Part shown: in pieces, positions 1 to 11,288 of the stretch | Layout: each line of letters opens with the position of its first letter | Position numbering within the stretch: position 1 is the stretch's first letter | Sequence record: SRR22947725_2340 | Length of the DNA: 35,719 nucleotides | Strand: one strand, 5' to 3' | Program-made: the position numbers and the translations under genes | Notes under the pieces: model-generated | Told to the model about the DNA's origin: nothing | Databases searched by the model: none | What the model saw: the letters and a program-made list of their open reading frames with translations, nothing else

Positions 1-211
1 GCCACGGGCTTTCAGCCCTCGCGATGACAAGGGTGAAGACGCCCTCGCGATGACAAGAGTGTCGTGAGTGCGTGGTATTTGTCATTGCGAGGAGGGAGCC
101 TAAGTGACCGACGCGGCAATCCATGGTGTCTCGGGGGACGCGTGCGGACAGTGCGGATCGGTTATTGGCTCACAGTGGATCGCCACGGGCTTTAAGCCCT
201 CGCGATGACAA
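1..211. repeat. Array of palindromic REP-like elements: one complete unit (79-211), the tail of a preceding unit (1-30) and an extra partial arm (41-56)
   Basis: GCCCTCGCGATGACAA occurs at 15-30, 41-56 and 196-211. Positions 1-30 and 182-211 match at 29/30 nt. TTGTCATTGCGAGG (79-92) pairs with CCTCGCGATGACAA (198-211, one G-T). CGCGGCAATCCA (112-123) pairs imperfectly with TGGATCGCCACG (176-187). Small inner hairpin GGGCTTTAAGCCC at 187-199. Confidence 0.85.
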
Positions 212-254
212 GGTGTGGGAGAAGTCGGGACTATTTCCAACCTATGACAACAAA

Positions 255-1103
255 TTATTTCTGAATCAATTCATGAATTGATTCCACAGGTATACAATTC
301 TTGACCACCATTTGCAGGTTTTCTTTCTTCCCGTTCTCTATGCTGTAATAAATGGAACTGGTTGATGACACCACACCCACGACCTGCCCCTTGCGATTAA
401 ACACGGGAGCTCCACTTGATCCTTTGGCATAGTCAGCAGTGATAGACATCCTGCGACCGGGTTTTTGACCGTTTTTCAAAATCATTTGGTAACGGGAGAC
501 CATACCCTTTGTCATGGTGTACAATTTTCTATTTGGATGACTGATTACCCAGACATCCGCTCCCACACTTGCGGGCTTACCAAGAGCCATTGGAATTAAT
601 TTGGCATCCCGTAACTTTAAAATGGCAAGATCGTCTTCCTGATTGGCAGCGAGAACTTTTTCAACTCCATAAACAGTACCCTCCGCATCCATAGCTCCCA
701 GAATTTCTCCTTCATCTTTTTCCAACACATGATGATTGGTTACGATAATACCATCTTGCCCAATAGCGAAAGCAGAAGCCATGGAGGTATGCCATTTCGA
801 ACATTTCCCACAATTATAAAGCCTGCCCATTACTAAAACAGATTTAGATATCTGATCATAAAGCTTGTAGGGTGAAACGGAGTGGATTGGAACCTCTCCG
901 AGCACAACCTTGGAATGCTTTTGAGTGAGTTGTCTTTTTAAATCGGCGAGTCGAACCGATTGATTGCCTTCCAATAATTCTTCCAATCCTTTTTGGAAAT
1001 CGGAACCTAGCTTTAAATCATTGAAGTATCTTGGTTGGGCAAGTAGCGAAACCGATGTAAGAAAGAAAAGAAAAATTAAGATGGAGGAGGAAAATCTACA
1101 CAT
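255..1103 (-). CDS. Secreted trypsin-like (S1C/Trypsin_2) serine protease without PDZ domain
   Basis: Signal peptide (..LLA|Q). Catalytic triad motifs TNHHV, DLAILKL and KGSSGAPV. The protein ends right after the protease domain. Confidence 0.85.
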   Translation of the reverse strand: MCRFSSSILIFLFFLTSVSLLAQPRYFNDLKLGSDFQKGLEELLEGNQSVRLADLKRQLTQKHSKVVLGEVPIHSVSPYKLYDQISKSVLVMGRLYNCGKCSKWHTSMASAFAIGQDGIIVTNHHVLEKDEGEILGAMDAEGTVYGVEKVLAANQEDDLAILKLRDAKLIPMALGKPASVGADVWVISHPNRKLYTMTKGMVSRYQMILKNGQKPGRRMSITADYAKGSSGAPVFNRKGQVVGVVSSTSSIYYSIENGKKENLQMVVKNCIPVESIHELIQK

Positions 1104-1138
1104 AGACCCATAACGAAGATGACTTTGAAATGGGTCAA
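1104..1138 (-). promoter_or_regulatory. Candidate sigma70-type promoter, probably leaderless
   Basis: Minus-strand TTGACC starts at 1138, 35 nt before the ATG at 1103. The -10 box is weak (CGTTAT). Confidence 0.4.
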
Positions 1139-1139
1139 C

Positions 1140-4100
1140 CTATTCCTTAACCGCTTTATATTTACCTTCGATATGTAAAGTGTCCCCAATCAATTTGTGA
1201 ACCAAATTCCCTTCCAAAACAAATTCATTTTCAGATTTGGAAATACAGCGGCGTTTCCAGATCACATCCTCTCCCAGACGAAGAGTGACCTGACCGTCTT
1301 CGGCAATCTCACGGGTATACCCATTGAGATATTTCCAGGTTCCCAATGCAGGATGTCCTTTGAGGTTTAGAGCGAGTGCTGACTCATGTACAGGAAGTTT
1401 CATCTCTCCGACTTCGGAAAGTGTGCGTAGGCGAATGTTACGAAATTCAATCGGAGCCCCCTCAGATTCTAAACAGAAGAACCCAGAAGATGGATCAATC
1501 CCATCCCCTCCTGAGACCTCCTCCCCGTTGACCCAAAGGCGGACCTCACCATCGACCGCCCGAACATAATACCGGTTCCATTGATTGATTCCCAATGTCG
1601 TTTCTTTGCTTGGAAAACTGCGCCGACCATTAGGCGCAACCGGAGGAAAGGGATTCATTTTAATTGGGCCCACCGGAAAGACGTCACCGTGACTGGTAAA
1701 CCAGTCGGCCGGTTTTTTATGCCGTTTGGTGTAGTGCTCGGCATACCCGAGGTCGAGAACCTGCACTTCAATCCCGTGAGGCAGGCGGCCCTGCCCGGCG
1801 GCTAATTTGGAAATACTTTGCGGAGTCGCCCAGACAAAGACGCCCGAGTTTCCGGCATTTTTTTTGTGCATCCATTCGAGTAGGAGTTCAAAGTTTTCCA
1901 AGGGTTCGCGGTACCGGATGACCCCGGTCGGTTTGCCGGTGCAGTAGGCATGCCCGCCCTCCCAGCGCCAGGTATCGGGGTAACAGTTCACATTGACAAA
2001 ATCCTCTCCCGTAACGACCTGCCATCCCGGCTCATTTCCGGTGGGGGGAACGGGTTCTCCGGAATCTCCAGAGGTGGAATCGTCTTCCCCCGAACCGGTG
2101 GATTGCATGTACACCGCGAGGTCCGCGAGGTCCTGATCAGACATTCCCATCTCCGACGCGGAGGGCATCCAGGATTCCTTTAAATAATCAATTTTTGCAC
2201 CCGCTCGACGAAAAAGAATTTTACGGGTTTGGCCGCCAAGGACTTTCAGTTTGAGGGAACCGGCATGCCAACTGTAATTGGAAAGAAAGCCCTCCGCCAC
2301 ATGCTTATTTTTCTTGGTGGTGAGACGGACCGGTTTTTCATACCCATGAGCAAGTTTGTCATCCGGATAAACGATCTCTTTTACAATCTCCTCTACGGTA
2401 CGCTCCTTCCCCCAATGGGTAAGGTTGGGCCCAAAGTTGACCCCAATTCCTTCAATCTTATGGCACAGATAACATTTTGCGGCTACTGTCTTGCCCCTAT
2501 CTAAATCTCCTTGTAGCTGCGCAATTTGAGCAGGCTCAGAAATTGTAGTCAATACTCCCAGTTGGGTGGGAATTAGATAGCTTGCTTCCATCATTTCTCC
2601 CTTTAAATCATTAAGATCTTTTGCAATTATCTCGTCCACCGTGACCTGGTAGTACTCGGCAGAAAACTCGGATAGTTGGGCGAGGGCCTGTAAGCGCTTA
2701 ACCCGGTCCTGTCTTTCCTTATCGTTACGAAAACTGGCAAAGGCCATGGACAGAAACCTAAATTCATCCACTGGTGATTTTTGTACACGAATGCAAAGAT
2801 CCAGATCGCGGATTGCTTCAGGGGTATGGAGTCGCCATGCGAGATGCTTATTTTTCGATCCCCACTTTTCGGGATCCGGCATGGTAGGAGCGACCAGCTG
2901 ATTATAAACCAAGTTTTCCTTTCCGTGAAAGGCCACTCCCAGGGCTTCCAAATAAAATCGATTCCGACCGTCAAATCCTTTCATCAATTGGGCAAGAAGG
3001 TCGCGACAATCTGAAAAGGGAATACCTTTCAGGCTCACCGCTACATCGCGCCGAACCGAGGCGAAGGGGGACTGGGCGAGTGCCTTGGCATATTCAAGCG
3101 TACGATCAGGGTGGCTATGCCTAAGGGCACGATAGGACACTACGACCTCGACCTCATCTTTACTTTGCAAACCGGGTTCAATTCGAGTCCTCCCCTTCTC
3201 CCCCAGCTGGGCAAGTACCCAAATTGCACGGGAACGGAGAAAGGGATCACTGCGGTTTTGGGCCAAGAACTGCTCGACCTTGGTGTAGGCCTTTTCTCCA
3301 AGACTGACCAGTTGGGCGGCGGCATGAGAGCGTACATTGACAGCAGGGTTTTTCAGGGCGGCGAGCAGACCATCCACTTGAGAAAAATCAATTTTGGGCA
3401 GAGTCAGGGGCTTCCCATCTTTACGGGTAATACGATAGATGCTCCCGCTTACCTGATTGGTTCCCCGGCTGGTATCATTGTAAAAATCGGAAAAGAAAAG
3501 CGAGCCATCAGGGGCAAGTGCGAGATCGGTGGGTAAAAAGAATTCGCCCTTTCGCTCTTTCTTCAAACGAATGAAGGGTTGATGATCCCCCATCTCAATT
3601 TGAGCATCCTTCCATTGCGGGGTGACCGCCATCACCTCCTTGCGCACCATGCAGGCGACGAGATAAGTACCGGCCAGACCGAGGGTATCGTCCTCAATCA
3701 GCACATTTCCAGTGGGTGAACCGGCACCGTAAATCGTGCCCGGTGGAAAAGCGCCCGGATAATTCTCACGCCAGTGGGAACGGGAAAAACGCAGCCCCTT
3801 GCTCCATCCAGCAGGCTCCTCCCAGGACTTGGCGACTTCCTCCCATGATCGGCTCCCGTCGCTCAGGTCCGCATACCCCATATTAGCATGTTCCATCACC
3901 CAACTGATTCGGGCATGAGCAGGGTCATCATTATCACTCTGATAAATATCCCCATGGGAACTAATAAACATATCGTGTGAATTACGCATATTCTCCCCGG
4001 TCGGGGTCAGCCCGGTACCGTCCGGATTAACCCGCATAGTCATACCGCCCACATAGACCTCTCCGTCTGAACTCTTTTTACCAATCCCGTCGCTATAACC

Positions 4101-4727
4101 ATAATAGCACCCGGAAATATGATGCCTACCATCCTTGGTCTTAATATCTGCCCCTCGGTTTCCATAGGAGAAATGCCATTGCCCACTGGGAGCACCGACC
4201 ACCGCATGGAGGGTGTGGTCATGACTCGCATCACGAAACCCGGTTAAGAAAACTTCCCTCTTATCAACTCCCTCATCAAACACCGCGTTCCGATTAACAT
4301 CGGTGTACACGATAATCGATGGGGTGGAAGAAAGAACGATTCGGTTGTCAAAAACTGCAATCCCAAGGGCGGCGTGACGGATTTCCTTTTCGGTGACAAA
4401 GACATGGGAAGAGTCGGCTTTTCCATCCCAATCCTTATCTTCCAGCACGATAATTGATCGGCCTTCCTTGACTCTCATTCCTCTTTGGTAGTCAATTCCC
4501 TCGGTGGCCCACAAGCGTCCCTGAGCATCAAAGTCCATCGCCACCGGGGAAAAAATCATAGGGGAACGGGCCCATAATTCAATGGTCAGATTGGCATCAC
4601 CTAATTCAAAAGCATCGATTGGTACACCAGTGATTGATCGTTCCTCCAAGGCAAAAGCTTCCCGGGTCGGGGCAGCGGAAATAGAAACGAGCAGGCAGAG
4701 GAAAGGGAGAATAATAATCTTTGTCAT
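1140..4727 (-). CDS. PVC-type dehydrogenase-like beta-propeller / HEAT repeat / c-type heme protein with C-terminal DUF1080 (3-keto-disaccharide hydrolase-like) domain
   Basis: Signal peptide. Propeller motifs PVAMDFDAQGRLW, LEDKDWDGKAD and PTDLALAPDGSLFFSDFY. HEAT-like helices. Heme motif CYLCH followed by GPNLT and distal SWMP. DUF1080 motifs NFELLLEW..GNSGVF, IEVQV, WNRYYVRA..LWVNG and LESEGAPIEFRNI. ATG at 4727 preferred to TTG at 4733. Confidence 0.85.
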   Translation of the reverse strand: MTKIIILPFLCLLVSISAAPTREAFALEERSITGVPIDAFELGDANLTIELWARSPMIFSPVAMDFDAQGRLWATEGIDYQRGMRVKEGRSIIVLEDKDWDGKADSSHVFVTEKEIRHAALGIAVFDNRIVLSSTPSIIVYTDVNRNAVFDEGVDKREVFLTGFRDASHDHTLHAVVGAPSGQWHFSYGNRGADIKTKDGRHHISGCYYGYSDGIGKKSSDGEVYVGGMTMRVNPDGTGLTPTGENMRNSHDMFISSHGDIYQSDNDDPAHARISWVMEHANMGYADLSDGSRSWEEVAKSWEEPAGWSKGLRFSRSHWRENYPGAFPPGTIYGAGSPTGNVLIEDDTLGLAGTYLVACMVRKEVMAVTPQWKDAQIEMGDHQPFIRLKKERKGEFFLPTDLALAPDGSLFFSDFYNDTSRGTNQVSGSIYRITRKDGKPLTLPKIDFSQVDGLLAALKNPAVNVRSHAAAQLVSLGEKAYTKVEQFLAQNRSDPFLRSRAIWVLAQLGEKGRTRIEPGLQSKDEVEVVVSYRALRHSHPDRTLEYAKALAQSPFASVRRDVAVSLKGIPFSDCRDLLAQLMKGFDGRNRFYLEALGVAFHGKENLVYNQLVAPTMPDPEKWGSKNKHLAWRLHTPEAIRDLDLCIRVQKSPVDEFRFLSMAFASFRNDKERQDRVKRLQALAQLSEFSAEYYQVTVDEIIAKDLNDLKGEMMEASYLIPTQLGVLTTISEPAQIAQLQGDLDRGKTVAAKCYLCHKIEGIGVNFGPNLTHWGKERTVEEIVKEIVYPDDKLAHGYEKPVRLTTKKNKHVAEGFLSNYSWHAGSLKLKVLGGQTRKILFRRAGAKIDYLKESWMPSASEMGMSDQDLADLAVYMQSTGSGEDDSTSGDSGEPVPPTGNEPGWQVVTGEDFVNVNCYPDTWRWEGGHAYCTGKPTGVIRYREPLENFELLLEWMHKKNAGNSGVFVWATPQSISKLAAGQGRLPHGIEVQVLDLGYAEHYTKRHKKPADWFTSHGDVFPVGPIKMNPFPPVAPNGRRSFPSKETTLGINQWNRYYVRAVDGEVRLWVNGEEVSGGDGIDPSSGFFCLESEGAPIEFRNIRLRTLSEVGEMKLPVHESALALNLKGHPALGTWKYLNGYTREIAEDGQVTLRLGEDVIWKRRCISKSENEFVLEGNLVHKLIGDTLHIEGKYKAVKE

Positions 4728-4774
4728 AATCAAAGCTTTTTATCTACTCAACAGGGTATGAAACCACAATCCCT

Positions 4775-5191
4775 TTAGTCTAAAAAGCGTTCCTTTTCTT
4801 CCGGAGAAGGGAGTCGGCAAGCGGCTCTCTTTTTAGAAATCAAATGACGATTATTTGCGATTATACGATAAAATAAATCCCTCAGAAAAGCGGGTATTAG
4901 CAGGAGGGGCCAAACCACAACCCAAAGCCCACCCAAATCAACGAGAATTCTTAAAACCGCCGATGATCTTCGTAAGATCATACCGTCTCTAATATAAATA
5001 ATCGTATTTAAATCCATACACTCCTCAGGAACCTGTGCATTGGCAAACTTTCCCTGAAGGGGAGAAAATAAAAACTTTTTATCCCGATCACGGCTGAGAA
5101 TAAAATCGACTGATGCATTGCACATACCGCATACACCATCAAATAAAACGACCTGTTGCCTATCCTCTTTTTGTTCATTTGACACGCTCAT
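4775..5191 (-). CDS. DCC1-like thiol-disulfide oxidoreductase (DUF393/YuxK family)
   Basis: FDGVCGMC (DxxCxxC), FSPLQ and RDLFYRIIANNR are typical DCC family motifs. Confidence 0.9.
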   Translation of the reverse strand: MSVSNEQKEDRQQVVLFDGVCGMCNASVDFILSRDRDKKFLFSPLQGKFANAQVPEECMDLNTIIYIRDGMILRRSSAVLRILVDLGGLWVVVWPLLLIPAFLRDLFYRIIANNRHLISKKRAACRLPSPEEKERFLD

Positions 5192-5273
5192 AATCTAACG
5201 GCTTGTATTTCATTGCCAACCCTTTTTGAAAAAGACCAGTGTTTACGAAAGTATCATGATCTCGACATTTCAG

Positions 5274-5307
5274 TTGACTAAAATGGCTGCGGAAGGAATT
5301 TCAATGG
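5274..5307 (+). promoter_or_regulatory. Candidate sigma70-type promoter, possibly leaderless
   Basis: TTGACT at 5274-5279, 34 nt before the ATG at 5308. GAATTT follows a 16-nt spacer. An SD-like GGAAGGA also lies in this interval, so the reading is ambiguous. Confidence 0.35.
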
Positions 5308-6048
5308 ATGGAAATCAATAAAATCCACCCGATCGCCAGAGTCACAAAAACTGGTTTATTACTAACGAGTATGATTATTCTTTCTGGTTCAGTTTTTGCC
5401 CAGAATGATAAAAAAATTGAAGACGCGGAAATTTACGGGGCGATTGGAATGATGTTTGCCGAAGGATCCGGTTTGGCAAAAATGGAGTTTACCAGCGAGC
5501 AGATCGATCTCATTTTAGCGGGCATGAAAAAGGGTATTACCCTTGGAAAAATGCCTCCCGAAGCTCAGGCTCTAATGCCCAAGGTTCAACAGATCATGAT
5601 GGAAAAGATGAAAATCGCCCGTGCGGCCGAGCAGGAAGGGATGAAAGGACTGGCCGCGGAGAACAAAGCAAAATCAAAGGAATATCTCGCCCTGCTTGCG
5701 ACCGATGAAAAAGTCAAAAAAGACCCCTCCGGCTTTTACTACGAAATCATGCGCGAAGGAAAAGGCCCCAGTCCAACCATGGATAAAACGGTTCGTTTGC
5801 ACTATCATGGTACTTTGATTGACGGAACGGTTTTTGACAGCTCGGTGGACCGGGGACAACCTGCGAGCTTCCCTATGAATGGTGTAATCAAAGGTTTCTC
5901 TGGCGGTTTGACTAAGACTCAGGTCGGAGGGAAAGTGAAAATTTACATTCCGAGCGAACTAGGATATGGTGATAATCCACGCCCCGGCGGAAAGATCAAG
6001 CCCGGTGATATGCTAATCTTCGAATGCGAATTGCTCGAAATTATGTGA
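5308..6048 (+). CDS. FKBP-type peptidyl-prolyl cis-trans isomerase (FkpA/Mip-like, with N-terminal dimerisation helices)
   Basis: Signal peptide. VRLHYHGTLIDGTVFDSS, VIKGF and YIPSELGYG..LIFECELLEI FKBP motifs. Confidence 0.93.
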   Translation: MEINKIHPIARVTKTGLLLTSMIILSGSVFAQNDKKIEDAEIYGAIGMMFAEGSGLAKMEFTSEQIDLILAGMKKGITLGKMPPEAQALMPKVQQIMMEKMKIARAAEQEGMKGLAAENKAKSKEYLALLATDEKVKKDPSGFYYEIMREGKGPSPTMDKTVRLHYHGTLIDGTVFDSSVDRGQPASFPMNGVIKGFSGGLTKTQVGGKVKIYIPSELGYGDNPRPGGKIKPGDMLIFECELLEIM

Positions 6049-6115
6049 TTCTTTTAGGGTAGTCTAATAGAAGACTACTTACGGGGAAAAAAGTTCATTT
6101 CAATATCCCCTGCGA

Positions 6116-6150
6116 TTGACCTGACGGGTGGGATTTATACACTATCTCTA
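6116..6150 (+). promoter_or_regulatory. Candidate sigma70 promoter, probably leaderless
   Basis: TTGACC (6116-6121), 16 nt, TACACT (6138-6143), 7 nt, then GTG at 6151. Confidence 0.5.
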
Positions 6151-8525
6151 GTGTTTCTTATTTCGACAGTAAAAAGATTTCTTTGGTTTTTCTTTTTTTA
6201 TATTCCTTTTGCAGTACTTGCAGATTTTGCTAAGGAATATAAAGAAGGTCTTACCCATTGGGCATTTCAACCTATAAGAAATGCACCCATCCCTGAATCC
6301 AGACTACACAACCCGATTGACGCTTTCGTGGAACAGAACCTACGGGTACACTCTCTTGACTTCGCCAATCCAGCAAATCGCCAAACGATTATCCGTCGTC
6401 TTTATCACGACCTGATCGGACTCAAGCCAACCTATGAAGAGATCAAAAAGTTTGTGGATGATACGAATCCAAAAGCTTACGCCAAGTTAGTGGATCAATT
6501 ACTTGCTTCCCCACGCTTTGGCGAAAGATGGGGCAGGCATTGGCTTGATGTTGCGCGCTATGCGGACACAAAAGGGTATCTTGCAGGTGGAGAAAGTCGT
6601 GCTTATCCCTACGCTTACACATACCGGGACTGGGTGATCAAGGCATTCAACAAAGACCTCCCTTACGATAAATTTATCAGGAGACAAATGGCGGCGGATT
6701 TCCTGATTGAACAGCCAAACCATCCAGACCTCGCCGCGCTTGGATTTCTTACCGTAGGCCCTGTTTTTTTAAACCGCAGGCAGTTAATTATCGATGACCA
6801 GATCGATTTGGTAACCCGTGGACTCATGGGTTTCACGGTTGCCTGCGCTCGGTGCCACGATCATTTCCATGATCCTATCCCCACAGCCGACTACTATTCA
6901 CTCTACGGAATTTTTGATGCTTCTAATAAGCCTGCCAAATTCCCACTCATCGGGAAACCAGATGAGAACTCCACATCCTACATGGAATTCAAAAACAAAC
7001 TTAATGAATTGCAGCAAAATGTGGATCAGTATCTACAGTCAAAACTTGACTCCGTTCAATCCAAGGAAGGCATCGAACAATATATCAAATTATCACTGGA
7101 TGGCTATGATACACCAAAAAACGACTTTGAAGCCTTAGCAGGGAAGCGAAAACTCTATCCCAAATTGGCCAATCGCTGGAGGGATTACCTGAAAGGAAAA
7201 GAAAAAGCTGAGCAGAGCTTTCTGAAGCCATTATTAAACTTGGCAAAATCCACAGCTCAGGCAGAAACTTACAGAAAATGGAAGTCATCTGACTTAGCTT
7301 CCTTCCCATCCTTTTTACGGAAAAGAGTTAAGGAAAACGAGTCCGCTGAACTTTCTGATTTCATTTCCTGGCATGCCGATGCACTACACCGTGCCCTGAT
7401 CGAATCCAGGACTGCTAAAGAAAAAAAAGGGCTTGTATTTGCCGTTTCTGCGAAGGGTTTCCCCGCAAATATTAAACCTGAAGGAATTGAGAAGTATTTT
7501 ACCCAAAAAGACCTAACTCATAAAAACAACCTCCGTAAAAAAGTCGCAAGTCATGAAGCCACTCATCCGGGTGCTCCTCCAAGAGCAATGTCTCTGATGG
7601 ACAAAGATAACATTCAGGAACCATATGTTTTTTTACGTGGTACTCTAGGTGCCCGTGGAGATCGTGTCCCCCGTCGTTTTCCTGTGGCTCTTTCTCCCAG
7701 TGGAGTGGAAAGGAAAAATTACACCAAGGGAAGCGGGCGATTGGAACTCGCTGAATCGATCCTCGATCCATCGAACCCCTTAACCTCCCGGGTGATGGTA
7801 AATCGGATTTGGAAGCATCTTTTTGGAAAAGGCATTGTCCGAACACCCAGTAATTTTGGATTGATGGGAAAAAGCCCAACCCATCCCGAAATACTTGATC
7901 ATTTGGCCCAATCTTTCATGGTAAATGGTTGGAGTATTAAAAAGATGATTCGGTCCATTGTTTTGAGTAAGACTTATCGGCAGAAAACTCGAAAACTTCC
8001 CGCAAAAGACCCCGATAATCTTTATCTTTCTTCGATGAATAGAAAACGACTAAATTTTGAAGCCATGAGGGATGGTATGCTCCAAGTATCAGGAGAACTT
8101 GACCTGACCATGCATGGCCCCTCCCAAAAGCTTCACTCCAAGCCCTACTCCAAAAGAAGAGCTGTCTATGGTTACATTGACCGGCAGAATATTTCCCCGA
8201 CACTCAACTCCTTTGATTTCGCCAACCCAAACATCCATGCACCCCAACGGGTTGAGACCACGGTTCCCCAACAGGCTCTATTTGCATTCAATCATCCATT
8301 CGTCATTGAAAGATCTGCCACCTTGGCAAAGAAAGCATTCGATTCTAAAACCACCAGCCCTTCTTCCCAGGTAGAATTTCTTTACCGCCAAATTCTGTCG
8401 CGAGACCCAAGACAAGATGAAAGTAAACTGTCAGTTGAATTCATCGGGACCGATGCAAAACTTGCCAATTTTGAGGACCTTGCACAAACTTTACTCGTTT
8501 CCAATGAATTCTTCTTCACCGACTG

Positions 8526-8526
<1 letters not shown>
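6151..8526 (+). CDS. DUF1549 (PSCyt2) + DUF1553 (PSD1) planctomycete-type cytochrome c protein
   Basis: HWAFQP, NPIDAF, RRLYHDLIGLKP, FGERWGRHWLDVARYADT, CARCHDH heme motif, SGRLELA, NPLTSRVMVNRIW, PTHPEILDHLA, RRAVY and TTVPQQALF. Confidence 0.92.
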
Positions 8527-9928
<1,402 letters not shown>

Positions 9929-9932
<4 letters not shown>

Positions 9933-10351
9933 AAGTGTACTTCGCAGGCTCGATCCGGGGAGGCCGGGAAGATCAGCAAAAGTATTTAGAATTAATCGAT
10001 TTTATCTCGACCAAAGCAGAAGTTCTTACTGAACATGTCGGGTCCCACTCAATTGGAAAAATCGGAGAGGATGCTCTCGATGACATTGCAATCTACAAGC
10101 GTGACATGGAATGGCTCGAGGAAGCCGATGCCGTGATTGCTGAAGTCACCACCCCTTCCCTTGGAGTTGGCTATGAATTAGGAGTAGCCGAAAAACTTAA
10201 CAAACCCACCCTTTGCCTTTTCAATGAAGGCAAGAAGGATCAAACATTATCCGCAATGTTGACGGGCAATTCAAATTTTCTAAATTACCACTACCAATCT
10301 TTATCCCAGGCTAAACAAAAAATAACCGATTTTTTAAGCCTGGGTCTTTAG
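9929..10351 (+). CDS. DNPH1/Rcl-like 2'-deoxynucleoside 5'-phosphate N-hydrolase (nucleoside 2-deoxyribosyltransferase family)
   Basis: YFAGSIRGGRED, VLTEHV, D.EWLEEADAVIAEVTTPSLGVGYELG and LSAM closely follow recalled DNPH1 motifs. The GTG start overlaps the upstream stop (GTGA). Confidence 0.88.
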
Positions 10352-11248
10352 CTTTTTTAGAAACTCACCGGGACTCACTCCGGTCACCCGTTTAAAAACA
10401 GTCGAAAAATACTGACTGGATGAAAAACCCAGGCGATGAGATACTTCTTTAATATGCCATGAGCCCTGACTCAGTAATTGCTCGGCCTCGCGAACACGCT
10501 GACGATTAATAAAATCCAAAGGAGAATATCCGACTTGCTGACGAAAAATTTTACGAAACGCAGTCTCTGAAATACTCATTGATTTTGCAAGATGTTCAAT
10601 CGTGGGTGGACTATCCAAATTCTGAGTAATTTCTTTTATGCAATTCTGTATACCCTCTGAAATATCCGATTGGCCCAAATTCCCACCCTCCGCCGTATAA
10701 TCCCGGATTACTCTGACAAGTAAGTGATGAAGAAGAGCTCGACAAACCAGGCGTGAATGTTCGCTCGGAGCCCGGTGTTCGTCTACTATATCCTGAAACT
10801 GCCCCCCTATTTTACGAGAAACAGGGAATGCCCTAATTTCAAAACTATCCAAAGCGGACTTAATTTTTTGGGTCTGCTTCAAATCAATGCCAGGTAAAGC
10901 ACTCTCTTCATTCAATGCTATCCGTAGCCAAAAATGTTCACAGGGCTCAAGGGCACCAGTACGGCTTCCGTGACGTTCGCCTGGACGAATCACCAACATG
11001 GTACCCGCCCGCAAAATATAATTACTTTCCTCCACCCACCAATTCACTTCCCCATTTACAATATAATGGATCTCATACTCGCAGGGATGTGCATCCTCCT
11101 CCAGCGCTTGATCAAAAGCCTTACTAAAGTGAAGCCAACCGAGAATAGCCAATTCAGGAAGGAGCAAACTATTTTTTTCAAAGGTAATATGCTGCCGCCC
11201 AGGTTCTGGTCTAAAATCTCTCCACACATCTGACTTATTACCCGACAT
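10334..11248 (-). CDS. AraC family transcriptional regulator (cupin sensor + HTH)
   Basis: Cupin motifs H..YEIHYIVNG and IRPGERH. C-terminal TIEHLAK..FRKIFRQQVGYSP..IKEVSHRLGFSSSQYFSTVFKRVTGVSP. ATG at 11248 preferred to 11308 because a TTGACT lies 35 nt upstream of it. The 3' end overlaps the convergent DNPH1-like gene by 18 nt. Confidence 0.92.
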   Translation of the reverse strand: MSGNKSDVWRDFRPEPGRQHITFEKNSLLLPELAILGWLHFSKAFDQALEEDAHPCEYEIHYIVNGEVNWWVEESNYILRAGTMLVIRPGERHGSRTGALEPCEHFWLRIALNEESALPGIDLKQTQKIKSALDSFEIRAFPVSRKIGGQFQDIVDEHRAPSEHSRLVCRALLHHLLVRVIRDYTAEGGNLGQSDISEGIQNCIKEITQNLDSPPTIEHLAKSMSISETAFRKIFRQQVGYSPLDFINRQRVREAEQLLSQGSWHIKEVSHRLGFSSSQYFSTVFKRVTGVSPGEFLKKLKTQA

Positions 11249-11283
11249 GAAATAAAGAATGATTCCGAAAAAGAGAAAGTCAA
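11249..11283 (-). promoter_or_regulatory. Candidate leaderless promoter for the AraC gene
   Basis: Minus strand: TTGACT (11283-11278), 16 nt, CATTCT, 7 nt, then ATG at 11248. Confidence 0.5.
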
Positions 11284-11288
11284 CGACT

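Noticed and set aside
1-211. CRISPR array
   Set aside because: Repeat copies are irregularly spaced, one arm is inverted, and no cas gene is present. It fits a palindromic element better.
6057-6080. Terminator after the FKBP gene (GTAGTCT/AGACTAC hairpin)
   Set aside because: Only a 7-bp moderately stable stem and no U-tract. Too weak to call.
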